Shown here piece by piece: positions 61,501-64,000 of a stretch of 64,000 bases of DNA. A model generated the notes under the pieces. That model saw only the letters and a program-made list of their open reading frames with translations. It was not told the origin of the DNA and did not search any database. Each line of letters opens with the position of its first letter. Position 1 is the stretch's first letter. This stretch comes from Tubulanus polymorphus (Eukaryota; Animalia; Nemertea), in NCBI RefSeq assembly GCF_964204645.1, contig NC_134036.1:6677304-6741303 (forward strand), given 5' to 3'. The position numbers and the translations under genes are program-made.

Positions 61501-64000
61501 GTAGGTCGGTCGTCCGTCCGTTTGTCAGTGTGCCGGCAGTGATGGTTGTTCGAAAAATGACTAAGGGCTGACCGGGCCTTGATCAGCGTTACGACCCGGC
61601 GCTGGTCAAGGGCGGGAGGGAGGGAGGCAGTAGGTCGGTCGTCCGTCCGTTCGTCAGTGTGCCGGCAGAGTTGGTTGTTCGAAAAACGACTAAGTGCTGA
61701 CCGGGCCTTGATCAGCGTTACGACCCGGTGCTGTGAGGGAGGGAGGGAGGCAGTAGGTCGGTCGTCCATCCGTTCGTCAGTGTGCCGGCGGTGGTTGTTC
61801 GAAAACGACTAAGTGCTGACCGCCCTTGATCAGCGTTACGACCCGGCGCAGTGAGGGAGGGAGGGAGGGAGGCAGTAGGTCGGTCGTCCATCCGTTCGTC
61901 AGTGTGCCGGCGGTGGTTGTTCGAAAAACGACTAAGTGCTGACCGGGCCTTGATCAGCGTTACGACCCGGTGCAGTGAGGGAGGGAGGGAGGCACTAGGA
62001 CAGTCGTCCGCCCGTTAGTCAGTGTGTCGGCGGTTGTTGTTCGAAAAACGACTAAGTGCTGACCGGGCCATGAACAGCGTTACGACCCGGCACCGGTCAG
62101 GAAGGGAGGGAGGGTGGCAGTAGGTCGGTCGTCCGTCCGTTCGTCAGTGTGCCGGCGGTGGTTGTTCGAAAAACGACTAAGTGCTGACCGGGCCTTAATC
62201 AGCGTTACGACCCGGCACCGGTCAGGAAGGGAGGGAGGGTGGCAGTAGGTCGGTCGTCCGTTCGTTGGTCAGTGTGCCGGCGCTGGTAGTTCGAAAAACG
62301 ACTAAGTGCTGACCGGGCCTTGATCAGCGTTACGACCCGGTGCAGTGAGGGAGGGAGGGAGGGAGGCAGTAGGTCGGTCGTCCATCCGTTCGTCAGTGTG
62401 CCGGCGGTGGTAGTTCAAAAAGCGACTAAGTGCTGACCGGGCCTTGATCAGCGTTACGACCCGGAGCAGTGTGGGAGGGAGGGGGACAGTAGGTCGGTCG
62501 TCCATCCGTTCGTCAGTGTGCCGGCGGTGGTTGTTCGAAAAACGACTAAGTGCTGACCGGGCCTTGATCAGCGTTACGACCCGGTGCAGTGAGGGAGGGA
62601 GGGAGGCACTAGGACAGTCGTCCGCCCGTTAGTCAGTGTGCCGGCGGTTGTTGTTCGAAAAACGACTAAGTGCTGACCGGGCCATGAACAGCGTTACGAC
62701 CCGGCACCGGTCAGGAAGGGAGGGAGGGTGGCAGTAGGTCGGTCGTCCGTCCGTTCGTCAGTGTGCCGGCGGTGGTTGTTCGAAAAACGACTAAGTGCTG
62801 ACCGGGCCTTAATCAGCGTTACGACCCGGCACCGGTCAGGAAGGGAGGGAGGGTGGCAGTAGGTCGGTCGTCCGTTCGTTGGTCAGTGTGCCGGCGCTGG
62901 TAGTTCGAAAAACGACTAAGTGCTGACCGGGCCTTGATCAGCGTTACGACCCGGAGCAGTGAGGGAGGGAGGGAGGCAGTAGGTCGGTCGTCCGTCCGTT
63001 CGCCAGTGTGCCGCTGGTGGTTGTTCGAAAAACGACTAAGTGCTGATCGGGCCTTGATCAGCGTTACGACCCGGTGCAGTGAGGGAGGGAGGGAGGCACT
63101 AGGACAGTCGTCCGCCCGTTAGTCAGTGTGTCGGCGGTTGTTGTGCGAAAAACGACTAAGTGCTGACCGGGCCATGAACAGCGTTACGACCCGGCACCGG
63201 TCAGGAAGGGAGGGAGGGTGGCAGTAGGTCGGTCGTCCGTTCGTTGGTCAGTGTGCCGGCGGTGGTAGTTCGAAAAACGACTAAGTGCTGACCGGGCCTT
63301 GATCAGCGTTACGACCCGGAGCAGTGTGGGAGGGAGGGGGACAGTAGGTCGGTCGTCCGTCCGTTCGTCAGTGTGCCGGCAGAGTTGGTTGTTCGAAAAA
63401 CGACTAAGTGCTGACCGGGCCTTGATCAGCGTTACGACCCGGTGCTGTGAGGGAGGGAGGGAGGCAGTAGGTCGGTCGTCCATCCGTTCGTAAGTGTGCC
63501 GGCGGTGGTTGTTCGAAAAACGACTAAGTGCTGACCGGGCCTTGATCAGCGTTACGACCCGGCGCAGTGAGGAAGGGAGGGAGGGAGGCAGTAGGTCGGT
63601 CGTCCATCCGTTCGTCAGTGTGCCGGCGGTGGTTGTTCGAAAAACGACTAAGTGCTGACCGGGCCTTGATCAGCGTTACGACCCGGTGCAGTGAGGGAGG
63701 GAGGGAGGCACTAGGACAGTCGTCCGCCCGTTAGTCAGTGTGTCGGCGGTTGTTGTTCGAAAAACGACTAAGTGCTGACCGGGCCATGAACAGCGTTACG
63801 ACCCGGCACCGGTCAGGAAGGGAGGGAGGGTGGCAGTAGGTCGGTCGTCCGTCCGTTCGTCAGTGTGCCGGCGGTGGTTGTTCGAAAAACGACTAAGTGC
63901 TGACCGGGCCTTAATCAGCGTTACGACCCGGCACCGGTCAGGAAGGGAGGGAGGGTGGCAGTAGGTCGGTCGTCCGTTCGTTGGTCAGTGTGCCGGCGGT

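Larger units (their letters stand above)
1..64000. repeat. Tandem satellite DNA array, ~120-125 bp monomer, ~520 copies, all in the same orientation; extends beyond both window edges
   Basis: The block TTCGAAAAACGACTAAGTGCTGACCGGGCCTTGATCAGCGTTACGACCCGG recurs every 120-132 bp from base 1 to 64000. No intervening unique DNA and no inverted monomers were seen. Confidence 0.99.
46395..64000 (+). repeat. Macro-duplication copy B (paralog of ~20757-38110)
   Basis: Shares private variants with copy A in the same order, e.g. GGGCGGGAGGCACT, GGCCCTGA, GAGTAAGG, AGAGTTTG, GACCAGGC, GTCCTTTC, GGAAGTTC, GACAGGG, GACCGCCCTT, GTGCGAAA. Confidence 0.93.

Noticed and set aside
379-63493. Numerous 60-242 aa ORFs on both strands with 40-aa repeats (ISVTTRCSEGGREAVGRSS... 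/ RVVTLIKARSALSRFSNN...)
   Set aside because: They arise because 120 is divisible by 3. They are constantly broken by 124/125-bp monomers and TAG variants, often start at TTG/GTG, have no recognisable domain, and show no sign of frame preservation.
1-64000. CRISPR-like alternation of conserved and variable blocks
   Set aside because: The 'spacers' are homologous variants of one sequence rather than unique sequences. There is no leader and no cas gene in the window.
1-64000. rDNA intergenic-spacer subrepeats or telomeric repeat
   Set aside because: No rRNA sequence or promoter context in 64 kb and no canonical telomere motif. An origin from a spacer cannot be excluded but is unsupported here.

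Overview
The whole 64-kb window is one uninterrupted, head-to-tail, single-orientation tandem satellite array of roughly 520 monomers. The basic monomer is 120 bp (ACCGGGCCTTGATCAGCGTTACGACCCGGTGCAGTGAGGGAGGGAGGGAGGCAGTAGGTCGGTCGTCCGTCCGTTCGTCAGTGTGCCGGCGGTGGTTGTTCGAAAAACGACTAAGTGCTG), with about 62% GC, a G-rich plus strand and 13 CpG. Length variants of 123, 124, 125, 128 and 132 bp occur. I found no unique sequence, gene, RNA gene, transposon or CRISPR array, and all listed ORFs are translations of the repeat. The information lies in how the variants are arranged: (i) a small alphabet of monomer types in a preferred order; (ii) many local multi-monomer duplications of 4-21 monomers; (iii) a recent, near-identical ~25.6-25.9 kb macro-duplication over older paralogous layers; (iv) a spatially confined subfamily domain; (v) a variable (GGGA)n tract with G-quadruplex potential; and (vi) variant-defining substitutions that tend to perfect inverted repeats within a monomer. 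The pattern fits eukaryotic heterochromatic, centromeric or subtelomeric satellite DNA. I do not recognise the family or organism, and the sequence does not support a novel protein-based system. Duplication boundaries were read by eye and are approximate.
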